DNA of 64,000 nucleotides from assembly GCA_018696595.1 (NCBI GenBank), contig JABHQW010000008.1, positions 32,001 to 96,000 of the forward strand, given 5' to 3'. Numbering within the stretch: position 1 is the stretch's first letter; each line of letters opens with the position of its first letter. The notes under the pieces are model-generated. The model was given only the letters and a program-made list of their open reading frames with translations, made no database searches and was not told where the DNA came from. The stretch is from Candidatus Woesearchaeota archaeon. Lineage in GTDB: Archaea; Nanobdellota; Nanobdellia; Woesearchaeales; GW2011-AR9. This document shows positions 38,638 through 48,047 of the stretch, piece by piece. The position numbers were made by a program, and so were the translations under genes.

Positions 38638-41600
38638 TTGGAAGAAAAAAGACTTGAAGAAGAAAATACAAATAATACCAATAACATTAATACTGTCAAC
38701 ATTACAAACGATATTATAAACAATAATCCAGAAGTTAATATTAACGATCCTGAGGTTAAAATTCTTGCTGAAGAGACTGAAATCGCTAAAGAAGAGACCA
38801 CAATAAATTTTAAAGAAAATAACCAAGAGCACAAAATAGAAGAAAGCAAAAGTAATGATAAAGAAAAGGAAAATGATGATGAAAAAAAGGCAGACAAAGA
38901 TGAAGAAATTGCCTTTGACTTCACTAAAACAAAAGAAAAAATAGTTGGATTCTTTAAAACAGATAAAAAATCAAATAAAAACAAACACAAAGAACAACAT
39001 CACTCTCATCATCATGAAAAAGAACAAAACTCAGAGAAAAAAGACTCTGAAGAAACTTCTTTTGATTTGAAAGAAATAAATAATGTATTTAAGAAAAATG
39101 CTAAATGGTTAATCCCTGTTCTTCTAATCTTTATTGCAATCTTTGTATCTAGTTATTTTAGAATGATGCCTTCAGATCTTCCAATCACAGATGCTTGGGC
39201 TGAGAATTCAGTAGACAATTTTTATAAACAACAGATACAACAACAAATTGATCAACAATATCCTAATTTACCACCACAAAACAAAGGCGCTTTAGTAGAA
39301 AAAGAGTTTCAAAACTTTCTCGATAATAATGAAGATTTAGTAAAACAACAAACCCAATCAACATCACAAGAGTATAAAAATTATTTCAAAGATGATTCTG
39401 GACAGACCTATCTATTAGCAATTGACCCGTACTATTGGTTCGCAGAGTCAAGAAATTATGTAGAAAACGGACAATTAGGAGATGGAACCAATTCTGAAGG
39501 AGATAGAATATTTAGTTTAAGAGGCGGAAGAGAAGATAAATCAATAACACAACTATCTTTTCACCCATTATTCCAAGGAATGTTGTTTAAAGTGTTAAGT
39601 TTCTTCAATAGAGATCTAACTTTATTACGAGTATCTTTCCTGCTACCTGCAATATTAATTGCACTATCGTTAATTCCTGCTTTCTTCATTGGAAGAAAAA
39701 TTGCCGGCAATGTTGGTGGGTTTTTTGCAGCAATAATCATAGCTATTAATTCAGCCCTACTAGGGCGGACCCCCGCGGGATTTTCTGACACTGACCCCTA
39801 TAACATACTTTTCCCATTAATAATTGCTTGGCTTTTCTTAGAAGCCTATACTATCAAAGAAAAATGGCAGAAACTTAGTGTTTTAGGTTTAGCTGGTTTA
39901 TTCACTGGTTTTTACGCAATCTCTTGGGGTGGATGGCACAACATTGTAAATTTTATTGTTTACGCTGCCATTGCATATTTGTTATATCAAACCTTCATTC
40001 ACCGTTCAGAGTTTAAAAAAGGAATAACCAATTTCTTTAAAAATAAAGAAATTAAAAACACTTTGTTAGTTTTATTCGCATATGTTATATCCTCTGGTAT
40101 TTTTGTTACTTGGTTTAAAAGTTTCGAAGATTTTATCCGAATACCCCTAAGACCTTTTCAATTTATTTTTATGAAAGATGTTGCAGTTAAATCTATTTGG
40201 CCAAATGTTTTAACAACCGTTGCAGAATTTAACGAAATTGCATTTAGTAATATTATTGCTCAAATGGGGGGCACTCTTTTGTTTTTCATTGGTGTTCTTG
40301 GAATAGTTTTAACATTTGTTAATAAAAATAAAGAAGGCAAAAGAAGAATTCATTACGCAATTTTCTTAACATTGTGGTTTATTGGAACTGCCTACTCATT
40401 CACTCAGGGAGTGCGTTTTTCAATCTTACTTGTACCTGCGTTTGCCATCTCATTTGGAGCGGCAATAGGAATTATTTATCAGTGGACATCCGGTTGGCTT
40501 AATAAAGAACTAAAATTGAGTAAATATTTAGCTAAGGGTTTAGTTTTGTTAATCTTTTGTTTGTTATTAATTGCTCCAATCACATCAGCAGATAAGATTG
40601 GAAAAAGTGAAATCCCAAGTATGAATGATGCCTGGTATAGTACCCTCACAAAAATTAAAGACACTTCAAATGATGCAATGATTACTTCATGGTGGGATTT
40701 TGGCCATTGGTTCTATGCAATTAGTGAAAGAAGAGTAACATTTGATGGTGGAGACCAAGGAGAAAGAATTCATTGGGTTGGAAAAACCTTGCTTACTGAT
40801 GATGAACAAGTTTCAGTAGGATTATTAAGAATGCTAAATTGTGGACAAGAAAAACCGGTACATATACTAGAAGAATTTTTAGAAAATGATGCAGTTAAAG
40901 CAGTAGACGTTCTTAATAAAATAATGGTAGTTAATGATAAAAAAGAAGCAATAAAAATATTGAAAAATGAAGGATTAACAACAGAACAGATTGCAGAAGT
41001 AATCAAATTAACTTATTGCGAAGACTTAATTGATCAGTATTATATTACTTCTGAAGATATGGTTGGAAAAGCTGGAGTCTGGGGCCATTTTGGTAGTTGG
41101 GATTTTAACAAAGCACTAATGTACCAAACAGTTATTAAAGACAAAGATAACGGAAAACAGATTTTAATGAACCAGTTTGGTTTAGATGAAGAAAAAGCAG
41201 ACCAATATTATTACAATATTATCAATACGGATGCTGATCGATGGATTGCACCATGGCCGGGCTATCACACTGGAATAAAAGGATGTGACTTGGTTTCAGG
41301 AACATCACAATTAAGTTGTTCTAACTCTGTCCAAGGACAAAATATAAATTTCTTGATAGACTTAAACACATACCAAGTTAGTATAGAAGGTAATCCTAAC
41401 GTTGTCCCAAACAGCATTGTTTACGCAACTAAAGAAGGAATAAAAGAGAAAGAACTTGAAGGGCAAAAGTTGGGTTCTTCCTTAGTTTTAATCCCAAATG
41501 GAGAAGGTTATAAAATTCTACTTGCCGACCCATTACAAGCAAATAGTATGTTCACAAAGCTATTTTACTTTGAAGGACATGGATTAAAATGTTTCAATAA

Positions 41601-42015
41601 ATTTGATGACCAACAACAAATGACTGGGGGTGGAAGAATAATTACTTGGACTGTTGATTTTAATTGCCAACAAGAAAACAGTATCTTTTTTCTTCCAAAA
41701 CCACTAAAAGAAGAAGTTAATGCTGCCCACATCTTAATTTCAACAGAAGATAAGAGTGAAGAAGAAGCATTAATATTAATTCAAGAAATAGAAAGTCAAG
41801 CAACAATAGAAAGTTTTGCAGAACTAGCCAAAAAGTATTCACAAGATCCAGGAAGCGCAGTTAATGGTGGAACTTTAGGGTGGTTTGGAAAAGGATTAAT
41901 GGTGCAAGAATTTGAAGAAGCTACTTTTTCACTAAATATTGGAGAGATTTCCAAACCAGTAAAAACACAGTTTGGGTATCATTTGATTTATTTAGTTGAT
42001 AAGAGAATGAGTTAG
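38638..42015 (+). CDS. aglB: Oligosaccharyltransferase AglB with low-complexity N-terminus and C-terminal parvulin PPIase domain
   Basis: IDPYYW, FSDTDPYN, TTVAE, SWWDFGHW, TFDGGDQ; C-term AAHILI..FAELAKKYSQDPGS..GGTLGWF..MVQEFEEATF..PVKTQFGYHLI; TTG start with GAGGTG SD. Confidence 0.93.
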   Translation: MEEKRLEEENTNNTNNINTVNITNDIINNNPEVNINDPEVKILAEETEIAKEETTINFKENNQEHKIEESKSNDKEKENDDEKKADKDEEIAFDFTKTKEKIVGFFKTDKKSNKNKHKEQHHSHHHEKEQNSEKKDSEETSFDLKEINNVFKKNAKWLIPVLLIFIAIFVSSYFRMMPSDLPITDAWAENSVDNFYKQQIQQQIDQQYPNLPPQNKGALVEKEFQNFLDNNEDLVKQQTQSTSQEYKNYFKDDSGQTYLLAIDPYYWFAESRNYVENGQLGDGTNSEGDRIFSLRGGREDKSITQLSFHPLFQGMLFKVLSFFNRDLTLLRVSFLLPAILIALSLIPAFFIGRKIAGNVGGFFAAIIIAINSALLGRTPAGFSDTDPYNILFPLIIAWLFLEAYTIKEKWQKLSVLGLAGLFTGFYAISWGGWHNIVNFIVYAAIAYLLYQTFIHRSEFKKGITNFFKNKEIKNTLLVLFAYVISSGIFVTWFKSFEDFIRIPLRPFQFIFMKDVAVKSIWPNVLTTVAEFNEIAFSNIIAQMGGTLLFFIGVLGIVLTFVNKNKEGKRRIHYAIFLTLWFIGTAYSFTQGVRFSILLVPAFAISFGAAIGIIYQWTSGWLNKELKLSKYLAKGLVLLIFCLLLIAPITSADKIGKSEIPSMNDAWYSTLTKIKDTSNDAMITSWWDFGHWFYAISERRVTFDGGDQGERIHWVGKTLLTDDEQVSVGLLRMLNCGQEKPVHILEEFLENDAVKAVDVLNKIMVVNDKKEAIKILKNEGLTTEQIAEVIKLTYCEDLIDQYYITSEDMVGKAGVWGHFGSWDFNKALMYQTVIKDKDNGKQILMNQFGLDEEKADQYYYNIINTDADRWIAPWPGYHTGIKGCDLVSGTSQLSCSNSVQGQNINFLIDLNTYQVSIEGNPNVVPNSIVYATKEGIKEKELEGQKLGSSLVLIPNGEGYKILLADPLQANSMFTKLFYFEGHGLKCFNKFDDQQQMTGGGRIITWTVDFNCQQENSIFFLPKPLKEEVNAAHILISTEDKSEEEALILIQEIESQATIESFAELAKKYSQDPGSAVNGGTLGWFGKGLMVQEFEEATFSLNIGEISKPVKTQFGYHLIYLVDKRMS

Positions 42016-42061
42016 AATTTCACAACCCTTATAAATTAACTTTTTAATTTTTATTATTATC

Positions 42062-42712
42062 ATGAACTACGTAGTTATTCCAGCACATAACGAAGAAAAG
42101 CATCTCGAACAAGTAATTGATACAACAAAAAAAAATTGTGAGAATATTATTGTTGTTGATGATGGTAGCAAAGATAAAACTTCGGAAATTGCTAAAAAGA
42201 AAGGGGTTTTATTGTTAAAATTAAAAGTTAATTTAGGTAAAGGTGCAGCATTAAAAACAGGGTGTGATTATGCTTATATCAATGGAGCTAAAAAGATAGT
42301 AGTAATGGACGCCGATGGCCAACATAATCCCAACCAAATACCATTATTCTTAAACAACCTTGATAATCATGACATTATTTTTGGGTACAGACAAAGATCA
42401 AAAGACATGCCAGCCATTCTAAGATTTGGCAATTGGTTTATTAATAAAACAGTGTCCATTCTTTACAATGTTTCATTAAATGATACTCAGTCAGGTTATA
42501 GGTCATTTACTAATAAAACATACAAAAAGATAAGATGGCAAGCTTCTGATTATAGTATGGAATCAGAAATGATTGCCAATACAGGAAAACATAAATTACG
42601 ATACAAACAAATACCAATTGAAACAATATATTCAGACAATTATAAAGGCACAACAGTTATTGATGGAATTAAGATTGTCTTAAAGACAATTAGTTGGAGG
42701 TTATTAAAATGA
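42062..42712 (+). CDS. GT2, polyprenol-phosphate glycosyltransferase (DPM-synthase-like)
   Basis: IPAHNEE, VDDGSKD, GKGAALKTG, MDADGQH, DTQSGYR. Confidence 0.88.
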   Translation: MNYVVIPAHNEEKHLEQVIDTTKKNCENIIVVDDGSKDKTSEIAKKKGVLLLKLKVNLGKGAALKTGCDYAYINGAKKIVVMDADGQHNPNQIPLFLNNLDNHDIIFGYRQRSKDMPAILRFGNWFINKTVSILYNVSLNDTQSGYRSFTNKTYKKIRWQASDYSMESEMIANTGKHKLRYKQIPIETIYSDNYKGTTVIDGIKIVLKTISWRLLK

Positions 42713-43062
42713 GCACTACATTTTGGATTCAATTATTAGGGGCTATTTTTGGTATAGCTATGTCATACTTCACTTATGTTAAATTTAAAAGAAAAGAATT
42801 AAGTTCGACAGAAGTAGTTTTTTGGACAGGCGGATGGTTATTATTAATATTAGTAGCAATTATCCCGGAGATCTTAGATCCAATAATTGGCCCATTAAAC
42901 TTTTATCGCAGATTAGATTTTTTTGTAGTTTTAGGATTTTTCTTTTTATTGGGAATTGGATTTTACAATTATAGCCTCACTAAAAAAATGGAGAAAAAAA
43001 TTGAACGTTTAGTTAGAACAGAAGCAATTAATCAAAGAAAGGATGATAAAATAGAAGAATGA
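42709..43062 (+). CDS. DUF2304-like small membrane protein
   Basis: Three TMs, RRLDFF, C-terminal IERLVRTEAI; coupled to the GT2; start moved to ATG 42709 after GGAGG. Confidence 0.75.
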   Translation: MSTTFWIQLLGAIFGIAMSYFTYVKFKRKELSSTEVVFWTGGWLLLILVAIIPEILDPIIGPLNFYRRLDFFVVLGFFFLLGIGFYNYSLTKKMEKKIERLVRTEAINQRKDDKIEE

Positions 43063-44198
43063 AAATACTATTTATTTGTGAGAATTACTTGCCCCATTAT
43101 GGGGGTGCCGAAGTTGTTTTCAAGAATCTTGCAGAATCTTATGCCATTAAAGGTCATAACGTTGCATTACTAACTCACCAAATTAAAGGAACAAAAAAAA
43201 GAGAAGAAATGGGGGCAGTTAAGGTTATCAGAGTCCCCTCATTTAACTCCAGATATATTTTTAGTTTTTCTGCTATTCTTAAGGCAATTAAATTAGCTAA
43301 ACATTGTGATGTAATCCAAACAACTACTTTTAATGGAACTTTTCCTGCTTGGATAGCTGCCAAAGTTTGCCGCAAACCAATAGTAATCACTGTACATGAA
43401 GTTTGGGTTAATAAATGGAGAAAAGTGACTAGTTTTCCCCGCTGGAAATGCTTCATTCATGATTTATTAGAAAGAGCAATTTATTTGTTACCATATGACC
43501 AATATGTTTGTGTTTCCAATGCAACAAAAAAAGACTTGCTTAAATTAGGAATAAATGAAAATAAAGTAAAAACAATCTATAATGGATTAGATTATAATTT
43601 CTGGAACAAAAATAATTTTAGTGACAAAAAGGTTCAAGAGATTAAGGAGCAACTCAATCTTAAAAAGAAAGTAGTTTATTACGCTAGTGGAAGACCCGGA
43701 GAATCAAAAGGTTTTGAAACTTTCATTAAAGCAATCCCTTTAATAAAGAGTAAAGTTCCAAATTCTTTTTTCTTATTAGCTTTGGGGTCTGTTGAAAAAT
43801 ACAAAAGAAAACATTTAGAATTACTGGCCTTAATAAAAAAGTTAAGAATTGAAAAAGAGATAAAAGTAATGAATTCTGTGCCATATGAAGAATTAGGACA
43901 TTATCTCAAAGCAGCCAATTATGTGGTGGTTCCTTCATTGGCGGAAGGATTTGGTTACACTACTGTTGAAGCAGTAGCAATGGAGAAACCAGTAATTGTT
44001 AGTAATGCGGGCTCACTTCCCGAAGTGGTTAGTGGTAAACACCTCATCTTTAAAAAAGGAAGCCCCATTGATTTAGCAGAGAAAGCGATACAAACAAATC
44101 AAGGCCAATACGAAAAAAGTAAAATGAAAAAGTTTTTATGGCAAAATAGTGTTCAAAGCTATTTGAGAGTTTATGAAAGATTGCTTAACCGTTTCTGA
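43059..44198 (+). CDS. GT4 glycosyltransferase
   Basis: YLPHYGGAE, TVHE, VVPSLAEGFGYTTVEA, GSLPEV. Confidence 0.9.
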   Translation: MKILFICENYLPHYGGAEVVFKNLAESYAIKGHNVALLTHQIKGTKKREEMGAVKVIRVPSFNSRYIFSFSAILKAIKLAKHCDVIQTTTFNGTFPAWIAAKVCRKPIVITVHEVWVNKWRKVTSFPRWKCFIHDLLERAIYLLPYDQYVCVSNATKKDLLKLGINENKVKTIYNGLDYNFWNKNNFSDKKVQEIKEQLNLKKKVVYYASGRPGESKGFETFIKAIPLIKSKVPNSFFLLALGSVEKYKRKHLELLALIKKLRIEKEIKVMNSVPYEELGHYLKAANYVVVPSLAEGFGYTTVEAVAMEKPVIVSNAGSLPEVVSGKHLIFKKGSPIDLAEKAIQTNQGQYEKSKMKKFLWQNSVQSYLRVYERLLNRF

Positions 44199-46192
44199 AT
44201 TAATGGTTTCCACCACCATTCGTTATCCCTATACCAAGAAATAGTTTTATCCAAACCTTCCTCGAAGCTGATTTGTGGTCTCCAACCAAGCGCATAAAGT
44301 TTATCAACATTAACACTATACCTTTTATCATTGAATGGTCGGTCTCTTACAAAGGTAATATAAGAATCATCTTTTCCCACCTTACTGATAATTAATTTTG
44401 TTAGTTCCAAGTTGGAGATTTCTTCATGGGTCCCAATGTTATAAGTTTCACCCACTATGCCACGTTCAAAAACAACATCTAATGCTGAACAAAAGTCTTC
44501 AACATGAATATAAGTTCTAATATTTTTGCCGTCACCATGTAAAGGAACTTTTTGATCCTGTAAAAGTTGAGTTATAAAACAAGGAATTATTTTTTCTGGA
44601 AACTGGTGTGAACCATAATTATTATTACCCCTAACAATAATAATTGGTAAGTTGTATGCCGTACAATACCCTTTAACAATCATCTCTGCAGCTGCTTTTG
44701 AAGCAGAGTAAGGATTCGTTGGATTTAACTTATCATCTTCTTTAAAACTGCCTTCTAAAATATCCCCATAAACTTCATCAGTAGAAACATGGATAATTCT
44801 CTTTATGTTACATTGGCGAGCCACTTCCATTAAAACATGTGTCCCATAAGTATTAGATTGAGTAAATATTAGTGAACTTTCAAAAGAATTGTCAACATGA
44901 CTCTCGGCAGCTAAATGAATTAAACAATCAACACCTTGTAATAAATGAGCCAAAAAGTTAAAATCACAAATATCCCCCCGTACAAAACTATAATTATCTT
45001 TATTATCAAGATCCTTTAAGCTATCTAAATTTCCGGCATATGTTAACTTATCAAAATTAATAAAATTGTGTTGTGGGTACTTGTTAACCATATAACGAAT
45101 AAAATTACTTCCAATAAAACCAGCCCCACCAGTTATAACAATCTTCATTTTATTTTTTATTTTGTTTCCTAATTCATTTTTAAAACCATCAATCATTTGT
45201 CCTTCACCATCCAAAGAATTATTCTTTTTAATATTATCAAAACAAGCATTTTTATTATTGTGATTAATATATTTATTTTTTAATCTTCCAATTCCTTCTT
45301 CTAAAAATATTTTTGGAGACCACCCGGTGATAGTTTTAATTTTTGTTATATCCATAACACAACTATCTAATTCAAACAACTTTTCTTTGTAAGCTAGCTC
45401 TTCAAATACAATGTTACTATTACTTTCACAAATAGAAATTATTTGTTTAGCAACATCCCTCATAATAACTCCTTCCCCAGAACCAACATTAAATACTCCC
45501 GTTGATTTTAAATCAATAAGTCTTAGGAAAAGATTAGTTAAATCATCAATGTAAAGAAAATCTTTAAAATCATTTCCATCACCAAAGACATTAATATCTT
45601 GATTACTAATGGCTTTTTTTACGAAAATAGGAATTACATTGTTTGGTTCTCCCCGACAATCAAACCCATAAACACTAGAAACTCTTAATGAAATTATTTT
45701 CAAACCATAGATCTTATGATAATAATTGATATACTGTTCCGCAGTTTGTTTGTGTATTCCATAAAGTGAAAAAGGATTTTGAAAAAAATCCTCGTTAATC
45801 TTTTTATCTAAAGCCCCAGTTTTTCCAAATTGTGTCCGCGAACCAATAAATATATGATAACAATTTGGATTAACATTTTTGATTGCTTCTAAAACATTTA
45901 ATTCCCCTAAGCAATTAACTTTTAAACTATTGATAGCAATTTTATCTTCAACATGTTTATCTATTACTGCAGCTAAATTTATAACAACATCATGATCTTT
46001 AATTAATCTCTCAACTAATAAGTAATCGGTGATAGACCCACTCACAAAATTAACTTTTTTAAAAAAAGCACAAGATTGAATTTTATTCTCATTATTAGCT
46101 AGAATAGTAATATGGTTTTCTTGTTCCAAAAGTGTTTTCACTAAGTTTAACCCAATAAAACCATTCCCTCCAATTATTAAAATTCTTTTCAT
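44171..46192 (-). CDS. rfbB: Tandem SDR fusion: NAD-dependent epimerase + dTDP-glucose 4,6-dehydratase
   Basis: Domain 1: IGGNGFIG..YGIHK. Domain 2 from M349 (nt 45148): TGGAGFIG, DKLTYAGN, AAESHVD, STDEVYG, NPYSASK, NNYG..FPEKIIP. Confidence 0.88.
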   Translation of the reverse strand: MKRILIIGGNGFIGLNLVKTLLEQENHITILANNENKIQSCAFFKKVNFVSGSITDYLLVERLIKDHDVVINLAAVIDKHVEDKIAINSLKVNCLGELNVLEAIKNVNPNCYHIFIGSRTQFGKTGALDKKINEDFFQNPFSLYGIHKQTAEQYINYYHKIYGLKIISLRVSSVYGFDCRGEPNNVIPIFVKKAISNQDINVFGDGNDFKDFLYIDDLTNLFLRLIDLKSTGVFNVGSGEGVIMRDVAKQIISICESNSNIVFEELAYKEKLFELDSCVMDITKIKTITGWSPKIFLEEGIGRLKNKYINHNNKNACFDNIKKNNSLDGEGQMIDGFKNELGNKIKNKMKIVITGGAGFIGSNFIRYMVNKYPQHNFINFDKLTYAGNLDSLKDLDNKDNYSFVRGDICDFNFLAHLLQGVDCLIHLAAESHVDNSFESSLIFTQSNTYGTHVLMEVARQCNIKRIIHVSTDEVYGDILEGSFKEDDKLNPTNPYSASKAAAEMIVKGYCTAYNLPIIIVRGNNNYGSHQFPEKIIPCFITQLLQDQKVPLHGDGKNIRTYIHVEDFCSALDVVFERGIVGETYNIGTHEEISNLELTKLIISKVGKDDSYITFVRDRPFNDKRYSVNVDKLYALGWRPQISFEEGLDKTISWYRDNEWWWKPLIQKRLSNLS

Positions 46193-46226
46193 TTTATGCC
46201 AAAAGTAAATTCTTTATTTTTATTCT

Positions 46227-47876
46227 TTATTTTTTATCTCTTTTTGCTATTATGGCATTAATTCTTTTATAATCTTCAAATGTATGAATTTCAGTCCAAC
46301 CTTTATTGACTTCTAAACAATCAACTTTGTGTCCTTGCTCAATTAACTTTTGAATAGCATAAGTAAAATCTTTGTTTTTCATTTCTTCATAATTCTCAGA
46401 ATAGATTTGTTTTAGTAACTCGGTACCTTGTCCCGAAAACATTGCCATGCCAATAAATTCAAAATTTGCTTCATCCGGATCTAAATGTGAACCAATTTTA
46501 ACAATTTCATTATGGTCATCAAAAGTTAATGATCTTTCACCTAGATAGGGGTCTCTTTTACCAACAACAAGATCTAACTTTTTATTATACCGATTAGCAT
46601 TTAATTTATATGAAGAATCAATCACTAAAGTAATATCTCCTTCTTTCTTAATTAATCTTTCAACAATGTCCTTATCAAAAAGAAGGTCAGAATAAAGCAT
46701 TAGAATTTTTCCGTTCATTTTATCTTTAGCAGTCATGATTGAATGTAACGCTTTGGTGTTTTCATATTCAGAGTTATGATACTTATTAATTGCAGGAAGA
46801 TTAATTTTTTCCCCACAATAGCCAGTAACTACACTAATATCATTAATCTTAAGAGAATTAAGAATCTCAATATTTCTTTGAATAATTGGTTTGCCATTAA
46901 TATCAAGTAAACAAAGAGGGGTATCTTTTAGGTATACATCATTGAGCTTAGGATCTATTGGCTTACCAGCGGCAGGAATAATAACTTTAATCTCTTCAAA
47001 GTCTCCTTTAACATATTTCGTTTCATGGTCCTTCATTTCAAAAGTACCTTGAAGTTCAAACAATTCTTTTACTGGAATCAATTTTTCTGAGATTGTATGA
47101 ATCCCTCCTTGTTCTTTTATTTCCTTAAGTGTTTCTTTAATAGAAGTTACTGCAGATCTAATCACATGATTAGCATAAATAACCATCTTAACTTTAGGGT
47201 GATTTTTTATTTTATCCTCAGTCAAAGTGTAATAATTTGTAGGAACAATGACGATTGGAATATCTTCTTTCCACTCTTCAATAAACCTAATAACTTCTGC
47301 AGGATCACTTTGTTTAGAATGAATCATAATTGCATCTGCCCCTGCCTCAACATAAGCTTTGGCTCTTTTTTTTGCTTCTTCATGACCCCATCCAGCAATG
47401 AGGGCTTCAACACGAGCAATAACCATGAAATCATCATCTCGTTGAGCATTTTTAGCAGCCATAATCTTTCCAGAGAACTCAGCAATAGATGCTAATTCTT
47501 GTTTCCCTCCAACTAAAAGGCTATTCTGTTTTGGAAACTTTTTATCTTCCATAATTACTCCTGCAATTCCGGCTGCCTCAAATTTTTGAACCATCCGAAT
47601 TACGTTAATAGAATTACCATAACCTTGATCAACATCAACAACAACGGGAATCGTAACTGCATCATTCATAGAAACTGCCGCATCTAAATAGTCTGTCATA
47701 GTGAGAATATTAGCATCTGGAACAGCATGTGACGCCGAAACTTCTAAAGAAGAAGCCCAAACTCCTTCAAAGCCTGCTTTCTCGATTAATTTCGCAGTCA
47801 AACCATTATGAGCCCCAACTAAACGAAAGAACCCAGGAAGATTAAATAATTCACGCAATTTTTTTGATTTTTCCAT
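46227..47876 (-). CDS. aepX: Phosphoenolpyruvate mutase fused to C-terminal NTP-transferase-like domain
   Basis: GAHNGLTA, WASSL, VDVDQGYG, PepM signature EDKKFPKQNS, ARVEALIAG; C-term VIIPAAG..PLCLLDINGKPII. Confidence 0.96.
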   Translation of the reverse strand: MEKSKKLRELFNLPGFFRLVGAHNGLTAKLIEKAGFEGVWASSLEVSASHAVPDANILTMTDYLDAAVSMNDAVTIPVVVDVDQGYGNSINVIRMVQKFEAAGIAGVIMEDKKFPKQNSLLVGGKQELASIAEFSGKIMAAKNAQRDDDFMVIARVEALIAGWGHEEAKKRAKAYVEAGADAIMIHSKQSDPAEVIRFIEEWKEDIPIVIVPTNYYTLTEDKIKNHPKVKMVIYANHVIRSAVTSIKETLKEIKEQGGIHTISEKLIPVKELFELQGTFEMKDHETKYVKGDFEEIKVIIPAAGKPIDPKLNDVYLKDTPLCLLDINGKPIIQRNIEILNSLKINDISVVTGYCGEKINLPAINKYHNSEYENTKALHSIMTAKDKMNGKILMLYSDLLFDKDIVERLIKKEGDITLVIDSSYKLNANRYNKKLDLVVGKRDPYLGERSLTFDDHNEIVKIGSHLDPDEANFEFIGMAMFSGQGTELLKQIYSENYEEMKNKDFTYAIQKLIEQGHKVDCLEVNKGWTEIHTFEDYKRINAIIAKRDKK

Positions 47877-47909
47877 AATTTCACCTAATGCAAAAGCAGA
47901 ATTGAAAAC

Positions 47910-47926
47910 TTATAAAACTTATGAAT
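47910..47926 (-). promoter_or_regulatory. BRE/TATA of pepM operon
   Basis: Minus strand ATTCATAAGTTTTATAA; 16/17 identical to 53091-53107; GGTGA SD at 47881-47886. Confidence 0.55.
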
Positions 47927-47928
47927 TT

Positions 47929-47945
47929 GTCTTATTAATTAAGAC
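47929..47945. promoter_or_regulatory. 17-bp palindrome, candidate operator
   Basis: GTCTTA-TTAAT-TAAGAC just upstream of the pepM BRE. Confidence 0.4.
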
Positions 47946-48009
47946 TATTAATTAAAATATTAAATGAAAGTCTTCCCAAAAAATAACAAAAATAACGTTA
48001 ATCTTTACT

Positions 48010-48025
48010 CCATAGAATATATAAA
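48010..48025 (+). promoter_or_regulatory. BRE/TATA of GT4-ppd unit
   Basis: CCATAGAATATATAAA, identical at 53198-53213; 22 nt before the ATG. Confidence 0.6.
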
Positions 48026-48047
48026 GGGACTACCTTAAATCAAATTT

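Noticed and set aside
46227-47876. Isocitrate lyase / methylisocitrate lyase / carboxy-PEP mutase identity
   Set aside because: It has EDKxxxxxNS rather than the KKCGH motif, and ppd is nearby.
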